Assembly: GCA_964596735.1 (NCBI GenBank)
Contig: CAZQVF010000006.1
Location: forward strand, 24,152-88,151
Reading direction: 5' to 3'
Source: an uncultured Gammaproteobacteria bacterium
GTDB taxonomy: Bacteria; Patescibacteriota; Patescibacteriia; UBA2591; UBA6264
Length of the DNA: 64,000 nucleotides
In this document: positions 47,957-58,581 of the stretch, piece by piece
How the letters are laid out: every line of letters starts with the position of its first letter
How positions within the stretch are numbered: position 1 is the first letter of the stretch
Made by a program: the position numbers and the translations under genes
The notes under the pieces: model-generated
Databases searched by the model: none
Seen by the model: the letters and a program-made list of their open reading frames with translations, nothing else
Told to the model about the DNA's origin: nothing

Positions 47957-48739
47957 ATGTATTTTTATATTTATGATTCTTTTTTAACAGAGAAGAAATA
48001 TGCTAAAGTAGTTTCTAAAATAGAAACAAGGTTGGCTAGTCTAGGGATCGCAGGCAAGAAACATCAGTTATCTATTTTAAGAAGCGTAGATGAGATGGTT
48101 GAAGGAATACTCAAAAAAGAATCCCCAACAATTGTCGTTATTGGCAGCGATCAGACTTTTTGTCGTGCTGCTCTGCCCATGGCCAATACAAACGCTGTTC
48201 TTGGTTTTATTCCTACACAAGCAGATTCGTTAATGGCCAACCTTTTAGGTTTACCAGTTAATGAGTATGCGTGTGATGTTATATCTGCCCGTCGAGTTGA
48301 AGGGATTAGCCTTGGAAAGATTAATGGTCAACGTTTTTTTTCTTCCCTTGAATTCGACGCTAATAAGACAAAATTAACAGCAGATAATAAGTATCAGATT
48401 ATTCCTAAGAGAGTAAAAGCAGTTAAGGTTATTAATTTAGACTTACTTCAATTTCAGGAGATGTCTCAAGAACCAGACTGGCAAAGATTAGCCAGTAATC
48501 CAAAAGATGAATACCTGGAGGTTTTAATGGGAACGCCAGGAAAAGAATTTTGGTTTTTAAAAAGAAAAGAAAAAAGAGATAGTTTATTCTTTGTGAAAAA
48601 GTTAAAAGTAAAATCTAAAAAGCCTAATCAGGAAATTTTAATTAAAGTTGATCAGGAAAAAACAGTTAAAACACCAGCTTTAATTGAATCAGCCAAAGAA
48701 GGTTTAAAAATAATCGTAGGAAAAGACAGACTTATTTAA
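47957..48739 (+). CDS. Diacylglycerol kinase catalytic-domain-like protein
   Basis: TIVVIGSDQT and LGFIP motifs (degenerate GGDGT). Confidence 0.6.
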   Translation: MYFYIYDSFLTEKKYAKVVSKIETRLASLGIAGKKHQLSILRSVDEMVEGILKKESPTIVVIGSDQTFCRAALPMANTNAVLGFIPTQADSLMANLLGLPVNEYACDVISARRVEGISLGKINGQRFFSSLEFDANKTKLTADNKYQIIPKRVKAVKVINLDLLQFQEMSQEPDWQRLASNPKDEYLEVLMGTPGKEFWFLKRKEKRDSLFFVKKLKVKSKKPNQEILIKVDQEKTVKTPALIESAKEGLKIIVGKDRLI

Positions 48740-48745
48740 TTAAAA

Positions 48746-49444
48746 TTGAAAGTGAAAAAAACAAAAAAAAGTACAGTTTCTAAAAGAGTAGAAATTGCCC
48801 AGTTAATTGATCATACCAATGTTAGTCCTGTCGCTACAACAGCGGATATTGAAAAACTTTGTCAGGAAGCACAGGAATATAGTTTTTATTCAGTTTGTTT
48901 AACGCCCAAACGAGTTGCTTTGGCAAGGAAATTCTTAAAAAAGACATCAATTAAAATAGTTTGTGTTATTGGGTTTCCGCATGGAACCCCAACTAGGCAA
49001 GCCAAGGTTCTAGAAACACAAGCGGCTATTAATAATGGTGCAGACGAGATAGATTTGACAATAGACTTGGGAGCATTTAAAGATAAAAATTATCAACTTG
49101 TTTTTCAAGAAATGAAAGCAGTTGTTAGGGCAGCTAAAACAAAACCAGTTAAAAGTATTTTAGAAATAGGTTGTTTAACTGAGAAGGAGCTTAGAAAGGC
49201 ATGTCAAATAGCTGAGAAAGCGGGAGTTCAATTTATTAAAACCAGCACAGGTTATGGCCCTCGAAATGTAAAAGAAAGCGATATTAGGTTGATCAAGCAA
49301 ATTGTTAAAGGGAAAATGAAAATTAAGGCTTCAGGCGGAATTAAGACCTACGTAGAAGCTTGTTTAATGGTTAAGGCAGGAGCTGATCGTATTGGTAGTC
49401 GAGCAGGAGTTGAAATGATAAAGATGGCTAATAAAATAAAATAA
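48746..49444 (+). CDS. deoC: Deoxyribose-phosphate aldolase
   Basis: IDHT, VIGFPHG, GADEID, FIKTSTG and KASGGI motifs. Confidence 0.93.
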   Translation: MKVKKTKKSTVSKRVEIAQLIDHTNVSPVATTADIEKLCQEAQEYSFYSVCLTPKRVALARKFLKKTSIKIVCVIGFPHGTPTRQAKVLETQAAINNGADEIDLTIDLGAFKDKNYQLVFQEMKAVVRAAKTKPVKSILEIGCLTEKELRKACQIAEKAGVQFIKTSTGYGPRNVKESDIRLIKQIVKGKMKIKASGGIKTYVEACLMVKAGADRIGSRAGVEMIKMANKIK

Positions 49445-49449
49445 TCTTA

Positions 49450-50943
49450 ATGAAGATATTATTCGTTGCATCAGAGGCTCATCCAATTTTAAAGGTGGGA
49501 GGAATAGCTGACGTAGTTGGCTCTTTAACTAAAGAGATAAAAAAGAGCGGACATGATGTTAGGGTTGCTATGCCCTTTTATCAACCCTTAAAAGACAAGA
49601 AAATAACCCCTTTAGATAAAATCGCATCTTTACAAATAGAATTCAATAAAACGTCTGAGAGGATAAATATTTTTGAAACGTTTATACCGGGGACGGAAAA
49701 ACAAACAGACGTACCAGTTTATTTATTTGAAAACAATCAATATTTAAGCGACAAAGGTGTTTATTTAGACACTAAAAGTTTTTTGTACCTGAAAAGATTT
49801 CTGTTTTTTTCTCAAGCAGTATTACAGATGTTTCCAGTCCTTAACTGGAAGCCTGATATTATTCATTGTCATGATTGGCAGTCTGGACTAATTCCTGTCC
49901 TTTTAAAGATAAAACAAAATTCTGCTAAAAATGATTTATCAATTAAAACCTTATTTACTGTCCATAATCTTCTTATTCAAGGACGCTGGAATTATACCCA
50001 AGTTTTAAAATGTCTGAATCTAAAAGGAAATGAAATTCCGTCCTTGTCTCAAAAAATGAAAGGTCTTTACGGAGAAGATTTTAATGTTTTACAGCAGGCA
50101 ATTTTAAATTCTGATTTAATTAATGTAGTTAGTCCTGGATATGCTAATGAAATTAAGACAGATTCTTATTATGCTCGTGGACTGGAAAATGTTATTCAAA
50201 AAAGAAAAAAGGATTTAACCGGTATTCTTAATGGAATTGATACAGATTTTTTCAATCCTGAGACAGATCAATTTATAAAAAGAACTTATTCGATCAAAAA
50301 ATTAGATCTTAAAAACCTTAATAAACTAGACTTGCAAAAGAAAGCTGGTCTTAAACAAGATGTAGAGATTCCTTTGTTTTCTATGATATCTCGGCTAGAC
50401 GTTCAAAAAGGAGTAGATTTGGTTTCTCAGGCAGTTGATGAAATTGTTAACATGGGGGGACAGATTATTTTTCTAGGCACTGGCCAAAAGGAATATGAAA
50501 TAACATTAGAAAAGGCGAGCAAAAAACACCTTGGTCAAGTTGCTACTTATATTAAATTTGATCAAGCTCTGGCTCAACAAATTTATGCTGGAGCCGACAT
50601 CTTTCTAATGCCTTCGCGTTTTGAGCCCTGTGGCTTGTCTCAATTAATTGCTATGCGTTATGGAACTATTCCTATAGTTAGAGCAACCGGGGGTCTGCGC
50701 GATACAGTAGAGAATGTAAAGATAAACAGAAGGCTATTTGGGCTAATAAAACAGATTCAAGGAACAGGTTTTGTTTTTAATAATTTCTCTTTGCCTGAAT
50801 TTATTTCTGCCATTAAACAGGCTTTGGGGTTTTATCAAAATAAACAAAACTGGAAACGACTACAAACTAAGGTAATGAGACAGGATTTTTCTTGGTCAAA
50901 GTCTGCTCAAAAATATTTAGAATTATACGATAATTTAATTTAA
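49450..50943 (+). CDS. glgA: Glycogen/starch synthase (second paralog)
   Basis: KVGGIADV, HCHDWQ and PSRFEPCGL motifs. Confidence 0.92.
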   Translation: MKILFVASEAHPILKVGGIADVVGSLTKEIKKSGHDVRVAMPFYQPLKDKKITPLDKIASLQIEFNKTSERINIFETFIPGTEKQTDVPVYLFENNQYLSDKGVYLDTKSFLYLKRFLFFSQAVLQMFPVLNWKPDIIHCHDWQSGLIPVLLKIKQNSAKNDLSIKTLFTVHNLLIQGRWNYTQVLKCLNLKGNEIPSLSQKMKGLYGEDFNVLQQAILNSDLINVVSPGYANEIKTDSYYARGLENVIQKRKKDLTGILNGIDTDFFNPETDQFIKRTYSIKKLDLKNLNKLDLQKKAGLKQDVEIPLFSMISRLDVQKGVDLVSQAVDEIVNMGGQIIFLGTGQKEYEITLEKASKKHLGQVATYIKFDQALAQQIYAGADIFLMPSRFEPCGLSQLIAMRYGTIPIVRATGGLRDTVENVKINRRLFGLIKQIQGTGFVFNNFSLPEFISAIKQALGFYQNKQNWKRLQTKVMRQDFSWSKSAQKYLELYDNLI

Positions 50944-50944
50944 A

Positions 50945-51568
50945 ATGAATATCACCTGGTATGGACAATCCTGTTTTAGGATACAAAACACTCAACAAAA
51001 TGTTTTAATTGACCCTTATAGTTCCCGACAAGCTGGTTTAAGAGGTCCTAATTTTAAATCAACAATCACGATTTTAACTAATCCAGAGGACAAAAAGGCA
51101 ATTAAAAAAGATTCTAGAGAAAGTTTTTTAGTTACAAGTCCTGGAGAATATGAGATAAGTGGCATTTTTGTTTATGGAACACCTTTTATAAGAAAAGATA
51201 AAAAATTAACTGTTTATCAAGTTGAAATAGATAATGTCAGGTTTGGTATTTTAGGAGAGATTAATTCTTCTCTTGCCAGTGAAGAGTTAGAAAGCTTAGA
51301 TGGGATTGATGTTCTGTTTGTGCCAATTGGTGGAGGAACCATGATTGGCCCGGAAAAAGCAGTAGAGATAATTAATTCAATAGAGCCAAGGATTATTATA
51401 CCCTGTTGTTATCAGATTCCTAAAATTAAAATAAAATTGGGCTCACTCGAAAAATTTCTGGGAGAAATGGGAATAAAGAAGATAGAAAAATTGCCCAAAC
51501 TAATCTTGCGTAAAAAAGACTTATCTTCTGAAGAGACAAGAATGGTTGTTTTAGAACCAAGGGGGTAG
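50945..51568 (+). CDS. MBL-fold (Lactamase_B_3-like) protein with degenerate metal ligands
   Basis: ITWYGQSCF, IDPY, PGEYE, DVLFVPIGG and PRIIIP; His motif absent. Confidence 0.75.
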   Translation: MNITWYGQSCFRIQNTQQNVLIDPYSSRQAGLRGPNFKSTITILTNPEDKKAIKKDSRESFLVTSPGEYEISGIFVYGTPFIRKDKKLTVYQVEIDNVRFGILGEINSSLASEELESLDGIDVLFVPIGGGTMIGPEKAVEIINSIEPRIIIPCCYQIPKIKIKLGSLEKFLGEMGIKKIEKLPKLILRKKDLSSEETRMVVLEPRG

Positions 51569-51604
51569 GATAAGACTTTCAAAAGGGGTTAAGTTGGAGT
51601 TTCT

Positions 51605-51877
51605 ATGAAAAAAAATTTTTTAACTTCATTAATTATTTTTATCCTGATATTTATTTTTATTATTTGGGCATTTAATTTAAAAACCATATTAGACGAGGAT
51701 GAGATTGGGAACAGCCTACAAACTCTTTTTAAACAGGCCCTTGGTGATATAAAAAATTCTTTAAAAGATATGACCGAGGGAATTAAAACATTAAGGGACG
51801 AGGATTTGCCTAAATTTTTAAATGATGAAGAAGTGCTTCGTTTAAAACAAAAGGTTTTAGAATATGAAAAAAAATAG
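51605..51877 (+). CDS. Hypothetical small membrane-anchored protein
   Basis: N-terminal TM segment; overlaps the gyrA start. Confidence 0.55.
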   Translation: MKKNFLTSLIIFILIFIFIIWAFNLKTILDEDEIGNSLQTLFKQALGDIKNSLKDMTEGIKTLRDEDLPKFLNDEEVLRLKQKVLEYEKK

Positions 51878-54392
51878 GAAGAAAACACAAAAAAATAAAT
51901 TTAAAAAAACAAAACTTAAAAAAGAAGAAGTTAGTTTAGTTCATGACAAAATTGAATTAATTGACCTTGAACAGGAGATGGGACGGTCTTATTTAGACTA
52001 TGCTATGAGTGTAATTGTAGCCAGGGCTTTGCCAGATGTCCGTGATGGACTTAAGCCAGTTCATCGGCGCATTCTTTATGCTATGTCTGAAATGGGATTA
52101 AAACCAAGTGCTAAGCATAGAAAGTCTGCCACAGTAGTTGGAGAAGTTCTTGGCAAATTTCATCCTCATGGAGATACTGCTGTTTATGATTCAATGGTGC
52201 GCATGGCTCAAACCTTTTCTCTGCGTTATCCCTTAATTGATGGTCAAGGAAATTGGGGCTCTTTAGAAGATGATCCAGCTGCCATGCGTTACACTGAGTG
52301 TCGATTAACCCCAATTGCTGAGGAACTTTTAATTGATATTGACCAAGAAACGGTTAATTTTGTCCCTAATTATGACGGAGCTTTAAAAGAACCCCAGGTT
52401 TTGCCAGCAAAATTACCTTGCTTGCTGCTTAACGGAGCAATGGGAATCGCTGTTGGCATGGCAACTAACATTCCCCCTCATAATTTAAATGAAGTTTGTG
52501 ATGCAGCTATTTATTTGATTGATCATTCAAAAGCAGAGATGGAAGATCTTTTTCAATTTATAAAAGGGCCAGATTTTCCTACTGGTGGGATTATTTTCGA
52601 TTCTAGTCAGATTAAACAAGTTTATGCCATTGGTAAAGGACCGATTGTTATGAGAGCAAAGACAGAAATTGTTGAAAAAAAATTAAATCAATTTGATATT
52701 GTTATTAATGAATTGCCCTATCAGGTTAACAAGGCAACTCTTCTTCAAAGAATAGCAGAACTTGTTAAAAATAAAAAACTTGATGGGATTAAAGATATCC
52801 GTGATGAATCTGACAGAGAGGGGTTAAGGATAGTAATAGAACTTAAAAGGGCAGCTTTCCCTCAAAAAATATTAAACAGACTTTTTAAATTAACTGACCT
52901 GCAACAAGTTTTTCATGTTAATATGGTTTCGCTTTCCCAGGGAATTCAGCCCAAGATTTTAGGACTAAAAGGAATGTTAGAAGAGCACATAGGACATCGC
53001 CAGATTGTTATTCGCAAACGAATAGAATATAACTTATTAAAAACCAAAGACAGGGTTCATATTTTAAAGGGACTACAAATTGCCCTTGATCATTTGGATG
53101 TTATTATTAAAATTATTAAACAATCCAGAGATCGTGAGACAGCAAAAAAGAATTTAATAAAAAAATATCGTTTGACTGAAATACAAGCCCTGGCTATTTT
53201 GGAGATGCGCCTTCATCAATTAGCTGGCCTAGAGAGGACGAAAATTAAAGATGAATTAAAAGAGAAAATTAAAAAAATAAAAGAATTAGAAGAAATTTTA
53301 GCCAAGCCAAAGATGATACTGAAGATCATTAAAAAAGAGATGAATGAATTAAAAGAAAAATACGGAGACGCTCGCAGAACTAAGGTGGTTTCTCGTGAAA
53401 TTGAAAAATTTAAAGAAGAAGATCTAATTCCAAATGAACCAACTGTAATAATCATTACTCAGGACGGTTACATTAAAAGATTAGCCCCAGAAAGCTTTAA
53501 AACTCAAGCCAGAGGAGGAAAAGGAGTAACTGGACTAGAAATAAAAGAAGAAGACAGGGTCCAGCATTTGGTCACCACCACCACCCATTCGGACCTTTTG
53601 TTTTTTACGACTCGTGGCAAGGTCTTTCAAATCAAAGCCTATGATGTGCCCCAGACACAAAGAACAGCCCGCGGCCAGTCTTTGGTTAATTTTTTAGAGA
53701 TGGCTTCGAATGAAAAAGTTTCTGTGCTTTTACCAGTTTCAGACTTAGAAAATTATAAATATTTAGTTATGGTTACGGAAAAAGGGGTGATAAAGAAAGT
53801 ACAGATCACAGATTTTGCCAATGTAAGACGTTCGGGCCTAATCGCCCTTAAATTAAAAAAAGACGATACATTACAGTGGGTTAAACCAAGTACTGGCAAG
53901 AACGAAATAGCATTAGTTTCTGCTTTAGGCCAAGCAATTAGATTTAAGGAAAAGGACATAAGAGCAATGGGAAGAACGGCGGCTGGTGTTCGAGGAATGA
54001 GACTTAAGCCAGACGATATAATTGTGGGCATGGGCATGATTTATCAGACAACTCAAACCAAGTCCTCAGAAGACAAATTATTAGTGATAACAGAAAATGG
54101 CTTTGGGAAAATGACTGGTTTAAAGAATTATCGCTTTCAACACAGGGGTGGCTCAGGGGTGAAGACTGCAAAAATAACAGAAAAAACAGGCAAGATTATT
54201 AGCGCGAGAGTAATTAATGAACAAAGATTACCTACTTTTGTTAAGGGTGACTTGTTGTTAATTTCTCGCCTTGGCCAAATTATTCGCTTGCCCTTAAAGA
54301 GTGTACCAGTCATGAGTCGTTCAACCCAAGGAGTTAGATTGATGAGATTTAAGGGGAAAAACGACAAAGTAAGTTCATCTACTTTAATCTAA
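51864..54392 (+). CDS. gyrA: DNA gyrase subunit A
   Basis: [23 protein letters not shown], GyrA box QARGGKG and CTD blades. Confidence 0.97.
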   Translation: MKKNRKKTQKNKFKKTKLKKEEVSLVHDKIELIDLEQEMGRSYLDYAMSVIVARALPDVRDGLKPVHRRILYAMSEMGLKPSAKHRKSATVVGEVLGKFHPHGDTAVYDSMVRMAQTFSLRYPLIDGQGNWGSLEDDPAAMRYTECRLTPIAEELLIDIDQETVNFVPNYDGALKEPQVLPAKLPCLLLNGAMGIAVGMATNIPPHNLNEVCDAAIYLIDHSKAEMEDLFQFIKGPDFPTGGIIFDSSQIKQVYAIGKGPIVMRAKTEIVEKKLNQFDIVINELPYQVNKATLLQRIAELVKNKKLDGIKDIRDESDREGLRIVIELKRAAFPQKILNRLFKLTDLQQVFHVNMVSLSQGIQPKILGLKGMLEEHIGHRQIVIRKRIEYNLLKTKDRVHILKGLQIALDHLDVIIKIIKQSRDRETAKKNLIKKYRLTEIQALAILEMRLHQLAGLERTKIKDELKEKIKKIKELEEILAKPKMILKIIKKEMNELKEKYGDARRTKVVSREIEKFKEEDLIPNEPTVIIITQDGYIKRLAPESFKTQARGGKGVTGLEIKEEDRVQHLVTTTTHSDLLFFTTRGKVFQIKAYDVPQTQRTARGQSLVNFLEMASNEKVSVLLPVSDLENYKYLVMVTEKGVIKKVQITDFANVRRSGLIALKLKKDDTLQWVKPSTGKNEIALVSALGQAIRFKEKDIRAMGRTAAGVRGMRLKPDDIIVGMGMIYQTTQTKSSEDKLLVITENGFGKMTGLKNYRFQHRGGSGVKTAKITEKTGKIISARVINEQRLPTFVKGDLLLISRLGQIIRLPLKSVPVMSRSTQGVRLMRFKGKNDKVSSSTLI

Positions 54393-54407
54393 AGTTTTTA
54401 TAAATAT

Positions 54408-55037
54408 ATGGCAGAATTAATTCAGCAGCTTATTGATCAGGGTTATTTAAAAACCAAAAAAATCATCCAGGCTTTTAAGAAAATTAATCGTCGAGATTTT
54501 GTTTTACCTGATATGCAATCAGAATCGGGAGAAAATGTTCCTTTGACAATTGGTTATGGGCAAACAATTTCTCAACCATTGACAGTTGCCTTTATGCTAG
54601 AATTGTTAGATATTCAAGAGGGCCAAAAAATATTGGATATCGGTTCTGGCTCTGGCTGGACAACCGCCCTTTTAGCTGAAATTGTTGGACCAAAAGGAAA
54701 AGTCTTTGCCATAGAAAGAATTCAAGAGTTAAAAGACTTTGGAGAAAGTAATACCTCTAAATATAATTTTGTTAAATCAAACAGAGCTGTTTTCATGGTC
54801 GGAGACGGCACCAAAGGTTTACCAGCCCAAGCTCCTTTTGACCGAATACACGTGGCTGCAGCAGCTAATAAAATCCCCTCAACTCTATTAAAACAATTAA
54901 CAATCGGTGGAAAGTTAATTGTTCCTCAGGGAATTAATTTTCAAGACATCGTTTTGATAGAAAAAATAGAGAAAGATAAATATCAACAAGAAAAGTTTCC
55001 CGGTTTTAGTTTTGTTCCTTTAATAGGGAGTGATTAA
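54408..55037 (+). CDS. pcm: Protein-L-isoaspartate O-methyltransferase
   Basis: GQTISQP, LDIGSGSGW, APFDRI and FVPL motifs. Confidence 0.92.
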   Translation: MAELIQQLIDQGYLKTKKIIQAFKKINRRDFVLPDMQSESGENVPLTIGYGQTISQPLTVAFMLELLDIQEGQKILDIGSGSGWTTALLAEIVGPKGKVFAIERIQELKDFGESNTSKYNFVKSNRAVFMVGDGTKGLPAQAPFDRIHVAAAANKIPSTLLKQLTIGGKLIVPQGINFQDIVLIEKIEKDKYQQEKFPGFSFVPLIGSD

Positions 55038-55050
55038 AAAGAATAAATAG

Positions 55051-57129
55051 ATGCTTTTGAACCAAAAAAATATTTTAATAATTAGCATTTTAGTCATCAC
55101 TTTGTTTTTAAGTGCGGTTTGTTTTTTGTTTTTTTCTCAAGAGATTGAAACCAAAAAAACAACAGAAAATTTTGTTACTGGAGAACTATTAATAAAATTG
55201 AAAAATCATTCAAAAATTTATAAACTCAAAGACCCGGGCTTTAATTTACAAGATTGGCAAACAATTGTCTTAGAGATTCCAGAGGTTGAATGGGCTGAGC
55301 CGAATTATTTATTACAAGCTAGTTATTTACCAAGTGATCCATATTATCATGAACAATGGTACTTAGATAAGGTAAAGGCCCCCCAAGCCTGGGATTTAAC
55401 TAAAGGCGGCAGTGAAGATATTATTATTGCTGTTTTAGATACAGGCGTAGACATAGACCACCCTGATTTAAAAGATAATATTTGGGTTAATTTGGATGAG
55501 CTTAAAGGTGACGGCATTGATAACGACAACAATGGTTACATAGACGATTTTAATGGTTGGGATTTTGTTCAAAATGTTCCCAATCCAAAGCCAAAATTTG
55601 ATAAAGAATATACTGAAGGAGGAATTCATCATGGGACATTGGTTTCAGGCATTGCAGCAGCAATTGGCAATAATTTAGAAGGAGTTGTTGGAGTGGCCTG
55701 GAAAAGCAAAATAATGCCTTTACGCGTGCTTAATAGTGAAGGAACAGGGAGTATAGAAGATGTTATCCAAGCAGTTAATTATGCTGTTGATAATGGAGTC
55801 AAGATTATAAATTTGAGTTTCGTGGGTACAAATAAAAGCTATTTTTTAGCAGAAGCACTTAAAGAGGCCTGGCGTAAAGGGGTTCTTATTGTCGCCGCGG
55901 CGGGAAATGAAACTACTGGCGAATCTGTCAATTTAAATGAAAACCCTAATTATCCTATTTGTCTTGATGAAGATGAAGAGAATTTTATTATTGGTGTAGC
56001 CGCAGTAGACAACACCGACCATAAAGCGCTTTTTTCTGATTATGGATCCAATTGCGTTGATATTTCTGCTCCAGGAATGAGAATCTACGGTCCATTAGTT
56101 TATAATCCTAATTATGACTTTAAAGAATATTATGGTGGCTATTGGTCAGGCACGTCAATTTCTGCTCCAATTGTATCGGGCTTAGCTGCTCTAGTTTGGT
56201 CTATTAATCCTTTATTTAGTCACAAACAGGTCCAAGATTTTATTCTAAATCAGACTGATGAGATTGATTCGATTAATCCTGATTTTGTTGGAGAATTGGG
56301 CAGAGGACGAGTTAATGTTTATAAAGCAGTTGAAAAGGCCTATAACCAACTAGGTGGAGTTCCACAAAATTATTATATTATCACTGGAGCCGGGCCAGGA
56401 GGTGGTCCTCATGTAAGGGTTTTTGATTCAGTTGGTTTACCAAAAGGCGGCTTCTTTGCTTATAATGAAGATTTTCGTGGAGGGGTTAATGTAGCTGGTG
56501 GTGATGTTGATGGCGATGGTTTAGACGAGATTATCACTGGACCAGGTAAAGGAGTGGAGTCAGAAATTAAAGTTTTTGATTTATCTGGTAATTTAAAAAA
56601 TAGTTTTGTTGTTTATCCCCCTAAGTTTTTAGGAGGGGCGAACGTAGCCGTCGGTGATGTTGATGGCGATGGTCAAGATGAAATCATCACTGGAGCTGGG
56701 CCAGGAGGTGGTCCTCATGTAAGGGTTTTTGATGGGCAGGGTAATTTTAAGTTTCATTTTTTTGCGTTTAATAAAAATTTCTTGGGTGGAGTTAATGTAG
56801 CCGTAGGAGATACAGATGCTGACAATAGAGATGAAATTATTGTAGGGGTTGCTTCTGGTGCCTCTTCTTATATCAGAGTCTTCAACGCAGAATTTCTTTT
56901 ACTTCGACTTCAATTTTTAGCTTATTCTAAAGATTTTTATCATGGAACAAACATAGCTGTAGCTGATTTTGATGGAGATCAACAAGTTGAAATTATTTCT
57001 GCGTCAGGGCCGACAACAGAACCAAGAGTAGAAATTTTTGATTCTTTGGGCAATCATTTGTCTCAGTTTTATGCCTATGTTCGTCATTTTCATGGAGGAG
57101 TTAATGTGGCAACAATGCAAGCAGAATAA
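55051..57129 (+). CDS. Secreted S8 subtilisin-like protease with FG-GAP repeats
   Basis: DTG, HGT and GTS catalytic triad; repeated GDVDGDG.DEIITGAGPGGGPHVRVF. Confidence 0.92.
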   Translation: MLLNQKNILIISILVITLFLSAVCFLFFSQEIETKKTTENFVTGELLIKLKNHSKIYKLKDPGFNLQDWQTIVLEIPEVEWAEPNYLLQASYLPSDPYYHEQWYLDKVKAPQAWDLTKGGSEDIIIAVLDTGVDIDHPDLKDNIWVNLDELKGDGIDNDNNGYIDDFNGWDFVQNVPNPKPKFDKEYTEGGIHHGTLVSGIAAAIGNNLEGVVGVAWKSKIMPLRVLNSEGTGSIEDVIQAVNYAVDNGVKIINLSFVGTNKSYFLAEALKEAWRKGVLIVAAAGNETTGESVNLNENPNYPICLDEDEENFIIGVAAVDNTDHKALFSDYGSNCVDISAPGMRIYGPLVYNPNYDFKEYYGGYWSGTSISAPIVSGLAALVWSINPLFSHKQVQDFILNQTDEIDSINPDFVGELGRGRVNVYKAVEKAYNQLGGVPQNYYIITGAGPGGGPHVRVFDSVGLPKGGFFAYNEDFRGGVNVAGGDVDGDGLDEIITGPGKGVESEIKVFDLSGNLKNSFVVYPPKFLGGANVAVGDVDGDGQDEIITGAGPGGGPHVRVFDGQGNFKFHFFAFNKNFLGGVNVAVGDTDADNRDEIIVGVASGASSYIRVFNAEFLLLRLQFLAYSKDFYHGTNIAVADFDGDQQVEIISASGPTTEPRVEIFDSLGNHLSQFYAYVRHFHGGVNVATMQAE
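56380..56733 (+). repeat. Intragenic 48-bp near-identical direct repeat in FG-GAP region
   Basis: 56380-56427 vs 56686-56733, one mismatch. Confidence 0.75.
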
Positions 57130-57152
57130 TATATTGATATTAAATCAACTTT

Positions 57153-58076
57153 ATGTTGGCAGAGATTCGTAAAGATTATTTTTTAGACAAATATGTCATT
57201 ATTACACCTCGTCGAGCTAAACGTCCACGAGGAGTTAAAGCTAAGACAACTTTTTCTCAGGAAAAACCTTGTCCCTTTTGTCCTAAGGGTGTTGAAAAAA
57301 AATTAATTATTAAAACCTACCCTAGTTTTAAAAAAAATGAGCCATGGTCAGCCATGGTTATAAAAAATAAATATCCAATTGTTACTCTTAATAATCCAAA
57401 AGCATATGGTCAACATGAAGTTATTATTGAAACCCCAAATCATGGGAAAGAGCTTTCTCAATTGAGTCTTCAACAGATTGTAAGTCTATTAGAAGTTTTT
57501 AAGGATAGAACAAATATTTTAGCTAAGATTTCAAAAATTGATTATATACTAATTTTTAAAAATGAAGGAGGCAAAGCAGGGGCTTCTTTGGCCCATGCTC
57601 ATTGTCAAGTTTTTGCTTCAGGGATTTTACCGCCTGATTTATCAGAAGAATTCACAGCCATGCGTCAGTATCAACAAAAACATAAGCGTTGCCCTTATTG
57701 TGATATTATTAAAAAAGAGGAAAAAAGTTCAAGACGAATTTATGCTGACAGGCATATGGTTGCTTTTGCTCCTTATGCCTCGGCTTATCATTATGAGACC
57801 TGGATATTTCCCAGGAGACACATTGATAATATTATTCATTCTTCTAAACAAGAAACAGTTGCCCTAGCTGAGATTCTTAAAAAAGTCTTAAAGAAAATTT
57901 ATCAATTAGGTCTTAGTTATAACCTTTTTCTTCATCAGGTCGTTTCTAATAAAAACCAACATTTTTATTTAAAAATTCAGCCGCGGGAAGCTGTTTGGGG
58001 AGGAGTAGAACTTGGTTCAGGAATTGTTGTTAATTCCTTATCCCCTGAAAAAGCAGCGGCTTATTTAAGAAAATAA
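57153..58076 (+). CDS. GalT-like HIT-fold nucleotidyltransferase
   Basis: RAKRP, CPFCP, NKYP, HEVIIE and GASLAHAHCQ motifs. Confidence 0.85.
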   Translation: MLAEIRKDYFLDKYVIITPRRAKRPRGVKAKTTFSQEKPCPFCPKGVEKKLIIKTYPSFKKNEPWSAMVIKNKYPIVTLNNPKAYGQHEVIIETPNHGKELSQLSLQQIVSLLEVFKDRTNILAKISKIDYILIFKNEGGKAGASLAHAHCQVFASGILPPDLSEEFTAMRQYQQKHKRCPYCDIIKKEEKSSRRIYADRHMVAFAPYASAYHYETWIFPRRHIDNIIHSSKQETVALAEILKKVLKKIYQLGLSYNLFLHQVVSNKNQHFYLKIQPREAVWGGVELGSGIVVNSLSPEKAAAYLRK

Positions 58077-58080
58077 TTTT

Positions 58081-58572
58081 ATGAAAAATTTTTGGGGTAA
58101 AATTTCAGGATTAGATAAAGAAATTTTAGAAAAAAAAGGTCAAGAAGTAACTGTTGTCTATAAAGAAAAAAGACAAAAAAGTAAGAAATCCTTATTGCGA
58201 GAAAAAAAAGAAGAGGTAGGACAGGAAGAATGGATGTCTGACACAAGTCAAGGGCAGTTGGTAGTTGATATATATGAAAAAGACGAGGCTTTAATTATTG
58301 AATCAACTATTGCTGGAGTAAAAGCTCAAGATATTGATATTACTATTGAGCCAGATTTAATTGTTATTAGAGGAGAAAGGAAAAAATCTAAGAGAGTAGA
58401 AAATAGACGATACTATTATCAAGAATGTTTCTGGGGCAAGTTCTCTCGAACGCTTGTTTTACCTTTTCCCATAAAACCTGATCAGGTCAAGGCTAATTTT
58501 AGAAATGGAATGCTAATTATTTCCTTGCCCAAGGCAGAAGAAAAAAGCAAACAAGTGCAGATCAAAGAATAA
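58081..58572 (+). CDS. Hsp20/alpha-crystallin family protein
   Basis: VDIYE, IRGER, ECFWGKFSR and NGMLIISLPK motifs. Confidence 0.9.
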   Translation: MKNFWGKISGLDKEILEKKGQEVTVVYKEKRQKSKKSLLREKKEEVGQEEWMSDTSQGQLVVDIYEKDEALIIESTIAGVKAQDIDITIEPDLIVIRGERKKSKRVENRRYYYQECFWGKFSRTLVLPFPIKPDQVKANFRNGMLIISLPKAEEKSKQVQIKE

Positions 58573-58581
58573 TGAGAAAAA

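Noticed and set aside
51864-54392. gyrA without adjacent gyrB
   Set aside because: Separated gyrA and gyrB is common; not informative.
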